Positions 54,431 through 63,103 of a stretch of 64,000 nt of DNA are shown here, piece after piece. Within the stretch, counting starts at the first letter, position 1; every line of letters begins with the position of its first letter. Source of the DNA: an uncultured Vicinamibacterales bacterium (GTDB taxonomy: Bacteria > Acidobacteriota > Vicinamibacteria > Vicinamibacterales > JAKQTR01); contig CAYJPV010000011.1 in assembly GCA_964372095.1 (NCBI GenBank), forward strand, positions 14,252 to 78,251. The letters run 5' to 3'. Position numbers and translations under genes: made by a program. The notes under the pieces are model-generated. The model was not told the origin of the DNA. It made no database searches and saw only the letters and a program-made list of their open reading frames with translations.

Positions 54431-55359
54431 CCGCTCCCAATCCCCAGTGTGTGCGGCTTGAGCACCGCGTAGAGGCCGGCCATGACGGGCGTGGGAACGC
54501 CTGCGGCCTTGCCGCGGCGCACCACGGATCCCGCCAGCGATTCGATCTCGATCCGCTTCCCGGCCTGCAGATCGATGAGCAGCGACGAACGTGTCGATGG
54601 CGGCAACGCCTCCGCGTACGCGATGACCCGATCGAGCACTCCTTCACGAAGGGCAATCTTCTCGGCACGCGCCACCAGCTCGACCTCGAGCACGCCTTCC
54701 AGGAACTGCTCCCGGATGACCGGGTCGGCCCACAGCGGTCCCATCGGCAGCCGCGCCGCTCCCGTGAATGCGGCGAAAGGCGCCAGGTAGATGAACTTCT
54801 CCCACATCGGCACGCGTGCATCCGCCACGGGCTCGGCGTGGATGTCCGCGGCTTTCATGACGTCCGCGATGGCGGCCACCCGTGCGGACACCTCTTGCCG
54901 CTCGCCGAACGCCTCACCGAACACGATGCGCCGGTGCGTGCCGGTCTGTTCGATGAACCCCGGGGCCGCAATCGCCGTCGCCACGTAGGTCGGCCCGCCG
55001 AGCACCCGTTCGGGGCCGACCACTGCCGCCACGTCATCCACGCTGTCCACGCCGTTCTGAAGCGTGATGACCACCGTTGACGGCCCCATCAGCGGAGCCA
55101 GCATGGGCAGCACCGTCGGGTTGTCGTAGGTCTTGACCGCCAGCAGGACCACGTCCACCGGTCCGATGGCCGCGGCGTGCTCTTCCGCGTGCGCACGAAC
55201 CGTGAAGTCACCGAGCGGACTCCAAATCATCAAGCCGCGCTCGCGCAGCGCCTTGAGGTGCGCCCCACGGGCCACGAACGACACCTTCTGCCCCGACAGC
55301 GCGAGTTTCGCGCCGTAATACCCGCCGACAGCTCCGGAACCGACAATGGCAAAGTGCAT
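54424..55359 (-). CDS. panE: 2-dehydropantoate 2-reductase
   Basis: MHFAIVGSGAVGGYYGAKLA (NAD fold). ApbA/PanE C-terminal text: SSLLIDLQAGKRIEIESL. Confidence 0.85.
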   Translation of the reverse strand: MHFAIVGSGAVGGYYGAKLALSGQKVSFVARGAHLKALRERGLMIWSPLGDFTVRAHAEEHAAAIGPVDVVLLAVKTYDNPTVLPMLAPLMGPSTVVITLQNGVDSVDDVAAVVGPERVLGGPTYVATAIAAPGFIEQTGTHRRIVFGEAFGERQEVSARVAAIADVMKAADIHAEPVADARVPMWEKFIYLAPFAAFTGAARLPMGPLWADPVIREQFLEGVLEVELVARAEKIALREGVLDRVIAYAEALPPSTRSSLLIDLQAGKRIEIESLAGSVVRRGKAAGVPTPVMAGLYAVLKPHTLGIGSGK

Positions 55360-55372
55360 GGGGACATCGTAC

Positions 55373-55456
55373 TAGGGATTGGGGATTAGGGATTGGGGAT
55401 TAGGGAAAGGCAGTGGATGTCCCCCTTGCCCCTTGCCCCTTGCCCCCTTGTCCCTA
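55373..55456. repeat. Composite element: (GGGATTA/GGGGATT)n - 25-nt conserved core - (CCCCTTG)n
   Basis: The core tagggaaaggcagtggatgtccccc at 55401-55425 is the reverse complement (24/25) of 61508-61532. Confidence 0.9.
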
Positions 55457-55499
55457 CCCATGTCCCACCCCCCATGTCCCGGAGTACAATCCGCCCATC

Positions 55500-57212
55500 G
55501 TGGAATCCAGGATCGCGACCCTCCTCGTTGCTGTCATTGTCGTCGGCTCCATCGTCGCCGGGCTGATTGTCGGCGCCCGCAATGACGAACGCCCCGACGC
55601 CGTGGATCTGATCGTCTACAACGGGCAGGTGTTTGCCGGCCCGGGTCAGCCGCGCGCCGAGGCGCTCGCCATCAAGGGGAACGAGATCCTGCGCGTCGGA
55701 TCCAATCGCGAGATCAAGACCATGCGCGGGCGGTCAACGAGCATGATCGACGCCCACGGCGGCACGGTGCTGCCGGGGTTCAACGACTCGCACGTCCACT
55801 TCATCGGCGGCGGCACCGCCCTGGAACGCGTGAACCTGCTTGACGCCGAGACGCTGGACGCCATCAAAGCCAGGATCGTGGAGTTTGCCGGATCGCATGC
55901 CGATCAGCCGTGGGTGCTCGGCCGCGGGTGGTACTACTCGCCGTTCCCGGGCGGGCTCCCGACGAAAGATATTCTGGACGAGCTTGTGCCCGATCGGCCG
56001 GCGTACATGACCTGTTACGACGGACACACGTCCTGGGCCAACTCGAAAGCCCTCGAACTGGCGGGCATCACGAAAGACACGCCAGACCCCCGGAACGGCG
56101 TGGTCGTTCGGGATCCGAAGACGGGAGAACCGACCGGCGTCCTGAAGGAAGCCGCCATGCAGCTCGTGGCCAGGGTCCTGCCCGACACCACGAACGAGGA
56201 CCGTCTGCGCGCGATCCGGACAGCCGTGAAAGAAGCCCATCGCCTGGGCATCACGAGCGTCCAGGAGGCCGGCACCAGCCCCGAACGTATCGCGCTGTTC
56301 GAAGACGCGCGGAAGGCGGGCGACCTGCAGGTGCGCGTGTACGCGGCCATGGGAGCCGGCGCCGACACGACCGAAGCCGAGGCGGACGCCTTGGACGCGG
56401 TCCGGAGCCGGTACGCCAACGACCCGGTCATCCGGGTCGGGGCCATCAAGCTGATGGTCGACGGGGTAATCGAGTCGCACACGGCCGCGATGCTCCAGCC
56501 GTACGCCAACACACCCGCGACGGGCGAGGCGATGATGTCGCCGGCCGATCTGCAGCGTGTCGTGAATCTGTTCGACCGCCGCGGCTGGCAGATCTTCACG
56601 CATGCCATCGGCGACGGTGCCGTGCGCATGACGCTCGACGCGTACGAAGCCGCCGGCCGCGCCAATCCGGCCCCGTTGCGCGGCCGCCGCCACCGGGTCG
56701 AACACGCGGAAACGATCGACCCGGCCGACATCCCGAGATTCGCGTCAACCGGCACGATCGTGTCGTTCATGCCCTTCCACGCGAACCCGACGCCGGCTCA
56801 GCTGGACGTCTGGAGGGCCAACATCGGTCCTGAGCGCGCGTCGCGCGGCTGGATCGCACGGACGTTGCTCGACTCGGGCGCGCGCCTGACGCTCGGCAGC
56901 GACTGGCCGGTGGTCTCGTTGGATCCGCGTCTCGAAATCAACATGGCCGTCACGAGGAAGACGCCGGACGGCACGCCGCCTGAAGGCTGGCTGCCGGAGC
57001 AGGCCATCACGCTCGACGAAGCGATTGCCGGGCTGACCCAATGGGCTGCTTACGCGTCTTTCGAAGACCACCGGAAGGGCAAGCTCGCTCCGGGGTATCT
57101 GGCCGATCTCGTCATCCTGTCAGCCGACGTCTTCGCCCTGCCCGCAGACAAGTTGCTCGACGCCGAGGTGGACGTCACGATCTTCGACGGCAAGGTCGTG
57201 TACGAACGATAG
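55500..57212 (+). CDS. Amidohydrolase 3 (YtcJ-like) metal-dependent hydrolase, membrane-anchored or secreted
   Basis: GTG 55500 (start uncertain). TM/signal helix IATLLVAVIVVGSIVAGLIV. LPGFNDSHVHFIGGG. C-terminal GYLADLVILSADVF. Confidence 0.85.
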   Translation: MESRIATLLVAVIVVGSIVAGLIVGARNDERPDAVDLIVYNGQVFAGPGQPRAEALAIKGNEILRVGSNREIKTMRGRSTSMIDAHGGTVLPGFNDSHVHFIGGGTALERVNLLDAETLDAIKARIVEFAGSHADQPWVLGRGWYYSPFPGGLPTKDILDELVPDRPAYMTCYDGHTSWANSKALELAGITKDTPDPRNGVVVRDPKTGEPTGVLKEAAMQLVARVLPDTTNEDRLRAIRTAVKEAHRLGITSVQEAGTSPERIALFEDARKAGDLQVRVYAAMGAGADTTEAEADALDAVRSRYANDPVIRVGAIKLMVDGVIESHTAAMLQPYANTPATGEAMMSPADLQRVVNLFDRRGWQIFTHAIGDGAVRMTLDAYEAAGRANPAPLRGRRHRVEHAETIDPADIPRFASTGTIVSFMPFHANPTPAQLDVWRANIGPERASRGWIARTLLDSGARLTLGSDWPVVSLDPRLEINMAVTRKTPDGTPPEGWLPEQAITLDEAIAGLTQWAAYASFEDHRKGKLAPGYLADLVILSADVFALPADKLLDAEVDVTIFDGKVVYER

Positions 57213-57245
57213 CCGCTCGTTCGGCGTGGCGTCCGGCTCTCGCGT

Positions 57246-57269
57246 GGCGTCCGGCTTCAGCCGGACGTC
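57246..57269. terminator. Hairpin between convergent genes (8-10 bp stem, TTCA loop) preceded by a direct repeat GTGGCGTCCGGCT x2
   Basis: ggcgtccggcTTCAgccggacgtc. Direct repeats at 57225-57237 and 57244-57256. Confidence 0.45.
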
Positions 57270-57285
57270 TGAGCCCTCCGCGCCG

Positions 57286-58635
57286 TCACTCATTCGCGAA
57301 GTGCGCGTGGGCGATTCGCCAGCCGTCACTGTCCTTGAACAACACGAACGTGACCGGCCCCCGCTGAGGGGCAGCCGTGCCCGCAACGTCCCGATCGAAG
57401 AGCCAGGTGGCCGTCGCAAACGCTGTGTCCCCCCGTTCTTCCACCGCCAGGTCCTCGAGCCAGAGTCGGCTGTCCGAAGCTTTGCCGCCCGGCACGAAGC
57501 CGAACCCCTTGTGGTGCGATAGCAGGGCCTCACGGCCGGCGATGCGCCCGGGTTTCTCTGAGGAGTAATACGACGGTGCCGGCTGCGTGGTGAAGAGCCC
57601 GCCTGCCAGGTCGAGGTCGTACGTGTTCCAGGCCAGCACCCAGGCATTCAGCGTCGAGGCCACGGATTTGCGGTCGGGGTTGGCGCGTACCAAGTCGGCC
57701 AGCTCGACTTCTGCGGCAATCGTGGCGAACGATGCCCAGGACCCGCCAGTCGCCTGACGCTCGAACAGTGTCCGGGCGCGCGTGTCGTCGCCGCGCCACA
57801 GCGCCACCAGCCCCATGCCATAGTCCCGGATTGCCGTCTCCGACACGCTTTCGCCGTCACGGGACCGGGCGAAGTCTTCCTGCGCGATCGTGCCCTTGAA
57901 CATCAGCACGCGATCCAGGTACGCCCCGTTCTCGATCAGCGCCATCCCGCGATGAATGGGCGCCACGGCGGCATCGGCCGCCGCCCGCTGCCCCGTCCGC
58001 CGCAACGTCATGTAGAGCCAGTCGGTCACGGCCACCACCGAGTCGTCGTTCTTCGACCACGTCAGGCACTGGCGATACGCCGCTTCGGCCTTTGCGAAGT
58101 CCCGGGTCAGGAAATACGACAGCCCCAGGTGATAGTAGATGTTGAAATGGGTATTCGAGACCGGAATGCCGGCTTTGTTCGGCGCGCCGTCCGGCTCGAT
58201 CTCGAGCGGCTTGCCCTGTGCCAGTGCGGCTGCCTTTTCGAAGTCCGCGATCGCCCGCGTGAACTGCCGGATCGAGAGGTACCGGTGTCCGCGATGCCGG
58301 TAGAGACGGTACGAATCGGGGAACTTCTGCAGTCCCTCGGTGTAGATCGTAATCGCCTCACGATACCGTCCGAGGTAGGCCACCCGCCGGCCGAGCCAGA
58401 TGTAGCGGTTTTCGGTCGGTCCGGCCTCGAAATCCCGCCGTGCCTGTTCGTAACTGGCCTGGGCCGCGGTCCCCGCCGCAGGCGCCGTCAGCGCCGTGCC
58501 GAACAATGAGATACCCTCGTAGGACTTCGGCGATCCTGCCTGGCGGGCTGCGTCCTGACCCGCGATGCCGGCCGACGCGACGGCCGCGATCCCGATGATG
58601 GCCCACACAACGCGAAACGGGAGTTCTGTGCGCAT
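57286..58635 (-). CDS. Secreted TPR-like protein with a C-terminal SnoaL/DUF4440-like domain
   Basis: ATG 58635 (MRTELPFRVVWAIIGIAAVASAG). C-terminal text: DTAFATATWLFDRD ... VTFVLFKDSDGWRIAHAHFA. Confidence 0.7.
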   Translation of the reverse strand: MRTELPFRVVWAIIGIAAVASAGIAGQDAARQAGSPKSYEGISLFGTALTAPAAGTAAQASYEQARRDFEAGPTENRYIWLGRRVAYLGRYREAITIYTEGLQKFPDSYRLYRHRGHRYLSIRQFTRAIADFEKAAALAQGKPLEIEPDGAPNKAGIPVSNTHFNIYYHLGLSYFLTRDFAKAEAAYRQCLTWSKNDDSVVAVTDWLYMTLRRTGQRAAADAAVAPIHRGMALIENGAYLDRVLMFKGTIAQEDFARSRDGESVSETAIRDYGMGLVALWRGDDTRARTLFERQATGGSWASFATIAAEVELADLVRANPDRKSVASTLNAWVLAWNTYDLDLAGGLFTTQPAPSYYSSEKPGRIAGREALLSHHKGFGFVPGGKASDSRLWLEDLAVEERGDTAFATATWLFDRDVAGTAAPQRGPVTFVLFKDSDGWRIAHAHFANE

Positions 58636-58727
58636 CCGGTGCTCCTTGGCTGTGGCATTGTATGCTGGATGCGGGCGGCGGTGGTCAGAGGTCCGAAGCT
58701 GCGGACGAAGAACGAGGGAATAGACAC

Positions 58728-60089
58728 ATGGCAACGAACCGGGGAGCGTGGGGCTCGCGACTGGGATTCATTCTCGCGGCGGCGGGGTCGGCCGTGGGCC
58801 TCGGCAATGTGTGGGGATTCCCGACGCAGGTCGGCAAGGGTGGCGGCGCCGTCTTCGTTCTGGTCTACCTGGTCTGCGTCTTCGTAATCTGCCTGCCGGT
58901 CATGGTTGCCGAACTGGTCATCGGGCGACGAGCGCAGAAAGATCCGGTGAGCGCGTTTTCGGCGATCCGGCCGAACTCGCCGTGGTGGCTGGTCGGCGCC
59001 CTCGGCGTGGCGGCGGGCGTGGCCATCCTCTCGTTCTATTCGGTGATTGCGGGCTGGGCCTTCGCCTACGTCTGGTTCTCGGCCACCGGCGCCGGCGGCG
59101 GAGACCCTGAGGCCATCCGGACGTTCTTCGCCACCTTCGTGGCCAACGGCCCGGCCACAGTTTTGTTGTCTCTGCTCGTGCTGACTGGAACGGCCGCCGC
59201 CATCATCGGCGGTGTCCGAAGCGGCATCGAGCGCGTCTGCAAGGTGATGATGCCGCTCCTGCTGCTGCTGCTGGTGGGGCTGGCCATCCGGGCCGCAACC
59301 CTGCCAGGCGCGCATGCGGGTCTCGCTTACTACTTCAAGCCGGACCTCGGCCGCCTGTTCGATCCCGCGGTGCTCAACGCTGCCCTCGGCCAGGCGTTCT
59401 TCTCGCTGAGCCTGGGCATGGGTGCCATGCTCACGTACGGCAGCTATCTGTCGAAGCGGGACGGCATTGCCGCCGCGGCCCTGTGGGTCGTCGTGATCGA
59501 CACCTCGGTGGCCTTGCTGGCTGGTCTCATCATCTTCCCGGCGGGATTCTCGATCCCCGGATTCGACCCCTCCGCCAGCGGCCCGGGTCTCATCTTCGCC
59601 GTACTCCCGCAGTTGTTCGCCACCCTCCCAGGCGGGCACCTGTTTGGCGCGGCATTTTTCGTCATGTTGTCACTGGCCGCACTGACGTCGACGATATCGT
59701 TACTCGAAGTGCCCGTCGCCCACCTGATCGACGCGCGAGGATGGACGCGCCGGCGTGCCGTCATCACGATCGCCGCCGCGGCGTTCCTCCTGTCGATCCC
59801 CTCGGCGCTCGCGGGCGGATCGGTCGCGGCGCTCAGCCAGTTGCCCGGCTTGGGCATGGACTTCCTGTCGCTGATGGCCACCATCTGGAACAACTTCGCG
59901 CTGCCGATTGGCGGCCTGTTCATCGCCGTGTTCGTCGGCTGGGCCTGGGGCGTGGAAGGCGCGCTCGACGAACTGCGCGCCAACCAGGCCTGGTTTCCCG
60001 GCCCCCGTGTCTGGGGTTTTCTGATCAGATTTGTCTGTCCGCTGGCGATCCTGGTCATCATCGTCTTCACGATTCGCGATCTGCTGTAG
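58728..60089 (+). CDS. Sodium-dependent transporter, NSS (SNF) family
   Basis: ATG 58728 after GAGGGA. WGSRLGFILAAAGSAVGLGNVWGFP is the NSS signature. Multi-TM throughout. Confidence 0.9.
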   Translation: MATNRGAWGSRLGFILAAAGSAVGLGNVWGFPTQVGKGGGAVFVLVYLVCVFVICLPVMVAELVIGRRAQKDPVSAFSAIRPNSPWWLVGALGVAAGVAILSFYSVIAGWAFAYVWFSATGAGGGDPEAIRTFFATFVANGPATVLLSLLVLTGTAAAIIGGVRSGIERVCKVMMPLLLLLLVGLAIRAATLPGAHAGLAYYFKPDLGRLFDPAVLNAALGQAFFSLSLGMGAMLTYGSYLSKRDGIAAAALWVVVIDTSVALLAGLIIFPAGFSIPGFDPSASGPGLIFAVLPQLFATLPGGHLFGAAFFVMLSLAALTSTISLLEVPVAHLIDARGWTRRRAVITIAAAAFLLSIPSALAGGSVAALSQLPGLGMDFLSLMATIWNNFALPIGGLFIAVFVGWAWGVEGALDELRANQAWFPGPRVWGFLIRFVCPLAILVIIVFTIRDLL

Positions 60090-60123
60090 GTCGCCCGAGA
60101 CCGCTTCCAGGGAGATGGCGCAC

Positions 60124-60456
60124 ATGATGAAACCCCTGCACACGCTCGGCGACCTCGACGCGGCCATTGCCGGATCGTCGGGCCGCCCGGCTCTGGTGTT
60201 CAAGCACAGCACCACGTGCGGCACGAGCGCGTACGCCCACGAAGAGGTTGAATCACTGCTCGAAGAACCGGGTCTGCGCGCGGACGTCTACATCCTGGAC
60301 CACCCCCCCGCTCCCCCCCTCCCCCCCGCACATGCGGAGCGCCCCCCCCTCCCCCACGAATCGCCCCAGGCGCTGCTGTTCGTGAACGGCCAGGTGGCCT
60401 GGCACGCATCACACTTCCGGATTACCAGGGACGCGCTGGCCGCAGCCATCGCCTGA
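60124..60456 (+). CDS. ytxJ: YtxJ-like monothiol thioredoxin-fold protein (bacillithiol-system type), with an anomalous proline tract
   Basis: FKHSTTCGTS (TCxxS active site) and HESPQALLFVNGQVAWHASHFRIT are conserved. The segment between them reads DHPPAPPLPPAHAERPPLP and is encoded with 11 CCC codons. Confidence 0.7.
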   Translation: MMKPLHTLGDLDAAIAGSSGRPALVFKHSTTCGTSAYAHEEVESLLEEPGLRADVYILDHPPAPPLPPAHAERPPLPHESPQALLFVNGQVAWHASHFRITRDALAAAIA

Positions 60457-60539
60457 GTCCTGCGACCGGCACCGCGCGCGCCAGACCCGTTCTCCGCAAC
60501 GGGCTCTCGCGTATACTGGCGGTTCACCTGTTCAACGAC

Positions 60540-60566
60540 CGACGAGGGCGGCCGCCGCCCTCGTCG
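60540..60566. other. Perfect 12-bp inverted repeat 24 nt upstream of the DLH gene start
   Basis: cgacgagggcgg-ccg-ccgccctcgtcg. Could be the ytxJ terminator or a 5'-UTR structure. Confidence 0.3.
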
Positions 60567-60589
60567 ATGTCTGCCCTGGAGGACTGCCC

Positions 60590-61480
60590 ATGGAACGCAA
60601 GACGGCTGCCGATTTCGATCCCGAAGTGCTCATCCTCTTCGACGCGTACGTGCACGGCGCCATCGACCGCCGCGGCTTTCTGAACAAGGCGTCGAAGTAC
60701 GCGGCCGGGGGCATGACCGCTGCCATGCTGCTCGATGCGTTGAATCCGCGTTTCGCCGAAGCGCAGCAGGTGGCCAAGGACGATGCTCGCCTCAAGGCCG
60801 AGTACGTCACCTTCCCGTCGCCCCAGGGCAACTCGACCACGAAGGGGTATCTCGTGCGGCCGGCCGCCGCCAAGGGCAAACTACCCGGGGTGCTCGTCGT
60901 GCACGAGAACCGCGGCCTCAACCCCCACATCGAGGACATCGCCCGACGCGTGGCCCTCGACAACTTCGTGGCCTTTGCCCCGGATGCGCTCGCGCCGCTC
61001 GGCGGATACCCGGGCGACGAAGACGCGGCCCGTCAGTTGTTCCCCAAGCTCGACCAGGCCAAGACGCGTGAGGATCTGGTGGCGGCGACGGCGTTCCTCA
61101 AGGCGCACGCCGAATGCACGGGCAAGGTCGGCGTCGTCGGATTCTGCTGGGGCGGCAGCGCCGCCAACATGCTGGCCACCCGCATCCCCGACCTGGCCGC
61201 GGCCGTGCCGTTCTACGGCGGCCAGGCCAGCGCCGAAGACGCCCCGAAGATCAAGGCGCCGCTGCTCGTCCACTACGCCGAGAACGACGCGCGCGTCAAC
61301 GCCGGCTGGCCGGCGTACGAAACCGCGCTGAAGGCCGCCGGGGTCTCTTACACGATGCACATGTACCCGGGCACGCAGCACGGGTTCAACAACGACACGA
61401 CCCCGCGTTACGACGAAGCCGCGGCCAAGCTGGCCTGGCAGCGGACGATGGAGTTCTTCAACACACACCTCAGAGGCTAG
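60590..61480 (+). CDS. Dienelactone hydrolase family protein with a Tat-type signal
   Basis: IDRRGFLNKASKYAAGGMTAAML (twin-Arg). VLVVHENRGLNPHIEDIARR. Nucleophile GVVGFCWGG. The TAG stop lies in the (GGCTAGA)n array. Confidence 0.85.
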   Translation: MERKTAADFDPEVLILFDAYVHGAIDRRGFLNKASKYAAGGMTAAMLLDALNPRFAEAQQVAKDDARLKAEYVTFPSPQGNSTTKGYLVRPAAAKGKLPGVLVVHENRGLNPHIEDIARRVALDNFVAFAPDALAPLGGYPGDEDAARQLFPKLDQAKTREDLVAATAFLKAHAECTGKVGVVGFCWGGSAANMLATRIPDLAAAVPFYGGQASAEDAPKIKAPLLVHYAENDARVNAGWPAYETALKAAGVSYTMHMYPGTQHGFNNDTTPRYDEAAAKLAWQRTMEFFNTHLRG

Positions 61481-61580
61481 AGGCTAGAGGCTAGAGGCTA
61501 GAGGCTAGGGGGACATCCACTGTCTTTCCCTAGTCCCTAGCCCCTAGTCCCTAGCCCCTAGTCCGTGGCCCCTAGTACCG
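61472..61580. repeat. Composite element: (GGCTAGA)n - 25-nt conserved core - (CCCTAGN)n between convergent genes
   Basis: agaggctagaggctagaggctagaggctagaggctaggggg, then the core gggggacatccactgtctttcccta (61508-61532), then gtccctagcccctagtccctagcccctagtcc. Confidence 0.9.
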
Positions 61581-62963
61581 AAGCACCCGCACAACCTGGT
61601 ACCGGTTCTCCGTCCCCTCCTGGCGCAGCAGCAGCAACTGGGCGGGCTGGCCGGGCGCGACCGTCTGCTCGGACTTCCTGGCCGTCCAGTCCGGCAGCAC
61701 GACGGCGTCCCCGACCTTGAGCGCCGGGTCGAACAGCGGAGCGAGTACCAGGCCGGTGGCGTCAATGTCTTCCAGTGCGCCGAATGGCTCGAGGTCTCCG
61801 AGGTCGTCGATCCGCGCGGACACCTGCGTCTGCAACTGGCCTTCCACCTCCCGCACGACGCGGTTTCCCACGATGCCGACGTCGGCGGTGAACGGCGCGA
61901 CACCGGTGCCGGGCACGACCGCCGCATTGCGGATCAGGACGTAGAACACGTTCGAGCCATTCATCGGCAACGACTCATATCGCGCCTTGTCGGTCAGCCT
62001 GACGCGACCCGACGCCAGCGCGTCGAGAGACGTGACCAGTGCCACGAAGTTCAGCCGTACGAGGTGCGGGTCTGGCGCCTCGGATGGCCACGGTCCTGTC
62101 TCGATCAGCACGACGTTCGTCCCCCACCTGGTGATGTTGTCCCCGAACGCACGCACTTCGAACTCGTCGTCGTACCGGCCGATGCGGCCCGGCGCAAGGG
62201 GCTCCAGCGCGTCTCGAATCACCGCACAGATCTGCTTGGTGAGCAGGCGGCCCGGGCTCTCGGTCCGCGCCTCGTCGAATGCCACGGACAGGAGCGAGAT
62301 GGACGCCGGTTCGCGGGTGTTCCCCGCCGACGTCCGCCAGTTCTGGTTGTGGAGATTGAAGCCGATTTCAGGGTTCAGGCGGTCACGCAACGCCTTGAGC
62401 AGACGCCCCTCGGGCGTCTGCAGCCGGCGCGCGTCGCGGTTGATGTCGATGCCTTGGGCATTGCGGCGCTGGAACCGCTCGGCGCCGTCGGGGTTGAGCA
62501 TCGGCACGACGTGAATGGTCAGGGCATCAAGCATGCGCCTGACGTGAGGTTCGTCGCGGTGGCGCCGCACGTATTCGAAGATATCGAACAGGGCCGCCGT
62601 CGCCGTCGGTTCGTCACCGTGCATCTGCGACCACAGCAACACGCGCATCGGCCCGCGCCCGAACCACAGGTGATTGATCGATCGCCCCTCAACTGACGCC
62701 CCGATCTGCTCGACGCTGAACAGGTCGGGTGTGGCCAACTGAACCTTGCGCAGCGCCGCGTCCACGTCGGCGTGGCGGACGAGCGGCGGCACCGGCCACG
62801 AGACCTTCTCGGCATCCCACACGGCTGCCAGCGCCTGCGGAGACAACCCGCCCGCCGTCTGACCGGGGCCAGTGGCCGGCCGGGCGAAGACGGGCACGGC
62901 GATGACAAGCGCCGCCAGGCCGGCGACGACGGTTCGACACGCTCTGGACAGAGTAATTACCAT
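61572..62963 (-). CDS. Secreted M14-family zinc carboxypeptidase
   Basis: ATG 62963 within ORF 61572..63194. Signal peptide VVAGLAALVIAVPVFARP. Zinc site LLWSQMHGDEPTATAA (HxxE). VPMLNPDGAERF. Confidence 0.85.
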   Translation of the reverse strand: MVITLSRACRTVVAGLAALVIAVPVFARPATGPGQTAGGLSPQALAAVWDAEKVSWPVPPLVRHADVDAALRKVQLATPDLFSVEQIGASVEGRSINHLWFGRGPMRVLLWSQMHGDEPTATAALFDIFEYVRRHRDEPHVRRMLDALTIHVVPMLNPDGAERFQRRNAQGIDINRDARRLQTPEGRLLKALRDRLNPEIGFNLHNQNWRTSAGNTREPASISLLSVAFDEARTESPGRLLTKQICAVIRDALEPLAPGRIGRYDDEFEVRAFGDNITRWGTNVVLIETGPWPSEAPDPHLVRLNFVALVTSLDALASGRVRLTDKARYESLPMNGSNVFYVLIRNAAVVPGTGVAPFTADVGIVGNRVVREVEGQLQTQVSARIDDLGDLEPFGALEDIDATGLVLAPLFDPALKVGDAVVLPDWTARKSEQTVAPGQPAQLLLLRQEGTENRYQVVRVLRY

Positions 62964-63015
62964 GCAGGAATCGTAGCAGACGACACAGGCTCCAGGCCCC
63001 GGGCTCCGGGCGAGG

Positions 63016-63046
63016 CCTGTAGCCTGAAACCTGTAGCCTGTAGCCC
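63016..63046. repeat. Short heptamer array (CTGTAGC)n
   Basis: cctgtagcctgaaacctgtagcctgtagccc. Confidence 0.8.
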
Positions 63047-63050
63047 ACGC

Positions 63051-63056
63051 TATAAT
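63051..63056 (+). promoter_or_regulatory. Possible -10 box TATAAT, 48 nt upstream of the glutamine-synthetase-family gene
   Basis: A perfect TATAAT is rare in this GC-rich sequence. No convincing -35 box. Confidence 0.25.
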
Positions 63057-63103
63057 GCCTATCCCCCTCCGTTCCCTTCGCAGGGACAGTCCGGAGCTTC
63101 CCG

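Noticed and set aside
60301-60356. Diversity-generating retroelement variable region as an explanation for the ytxJ C-tract
   Set aside because: No reverse transcriptase or template repeat is in the window. DGR mutagenesis randomises adenine-templated positions rather than converting them uniformly to C.
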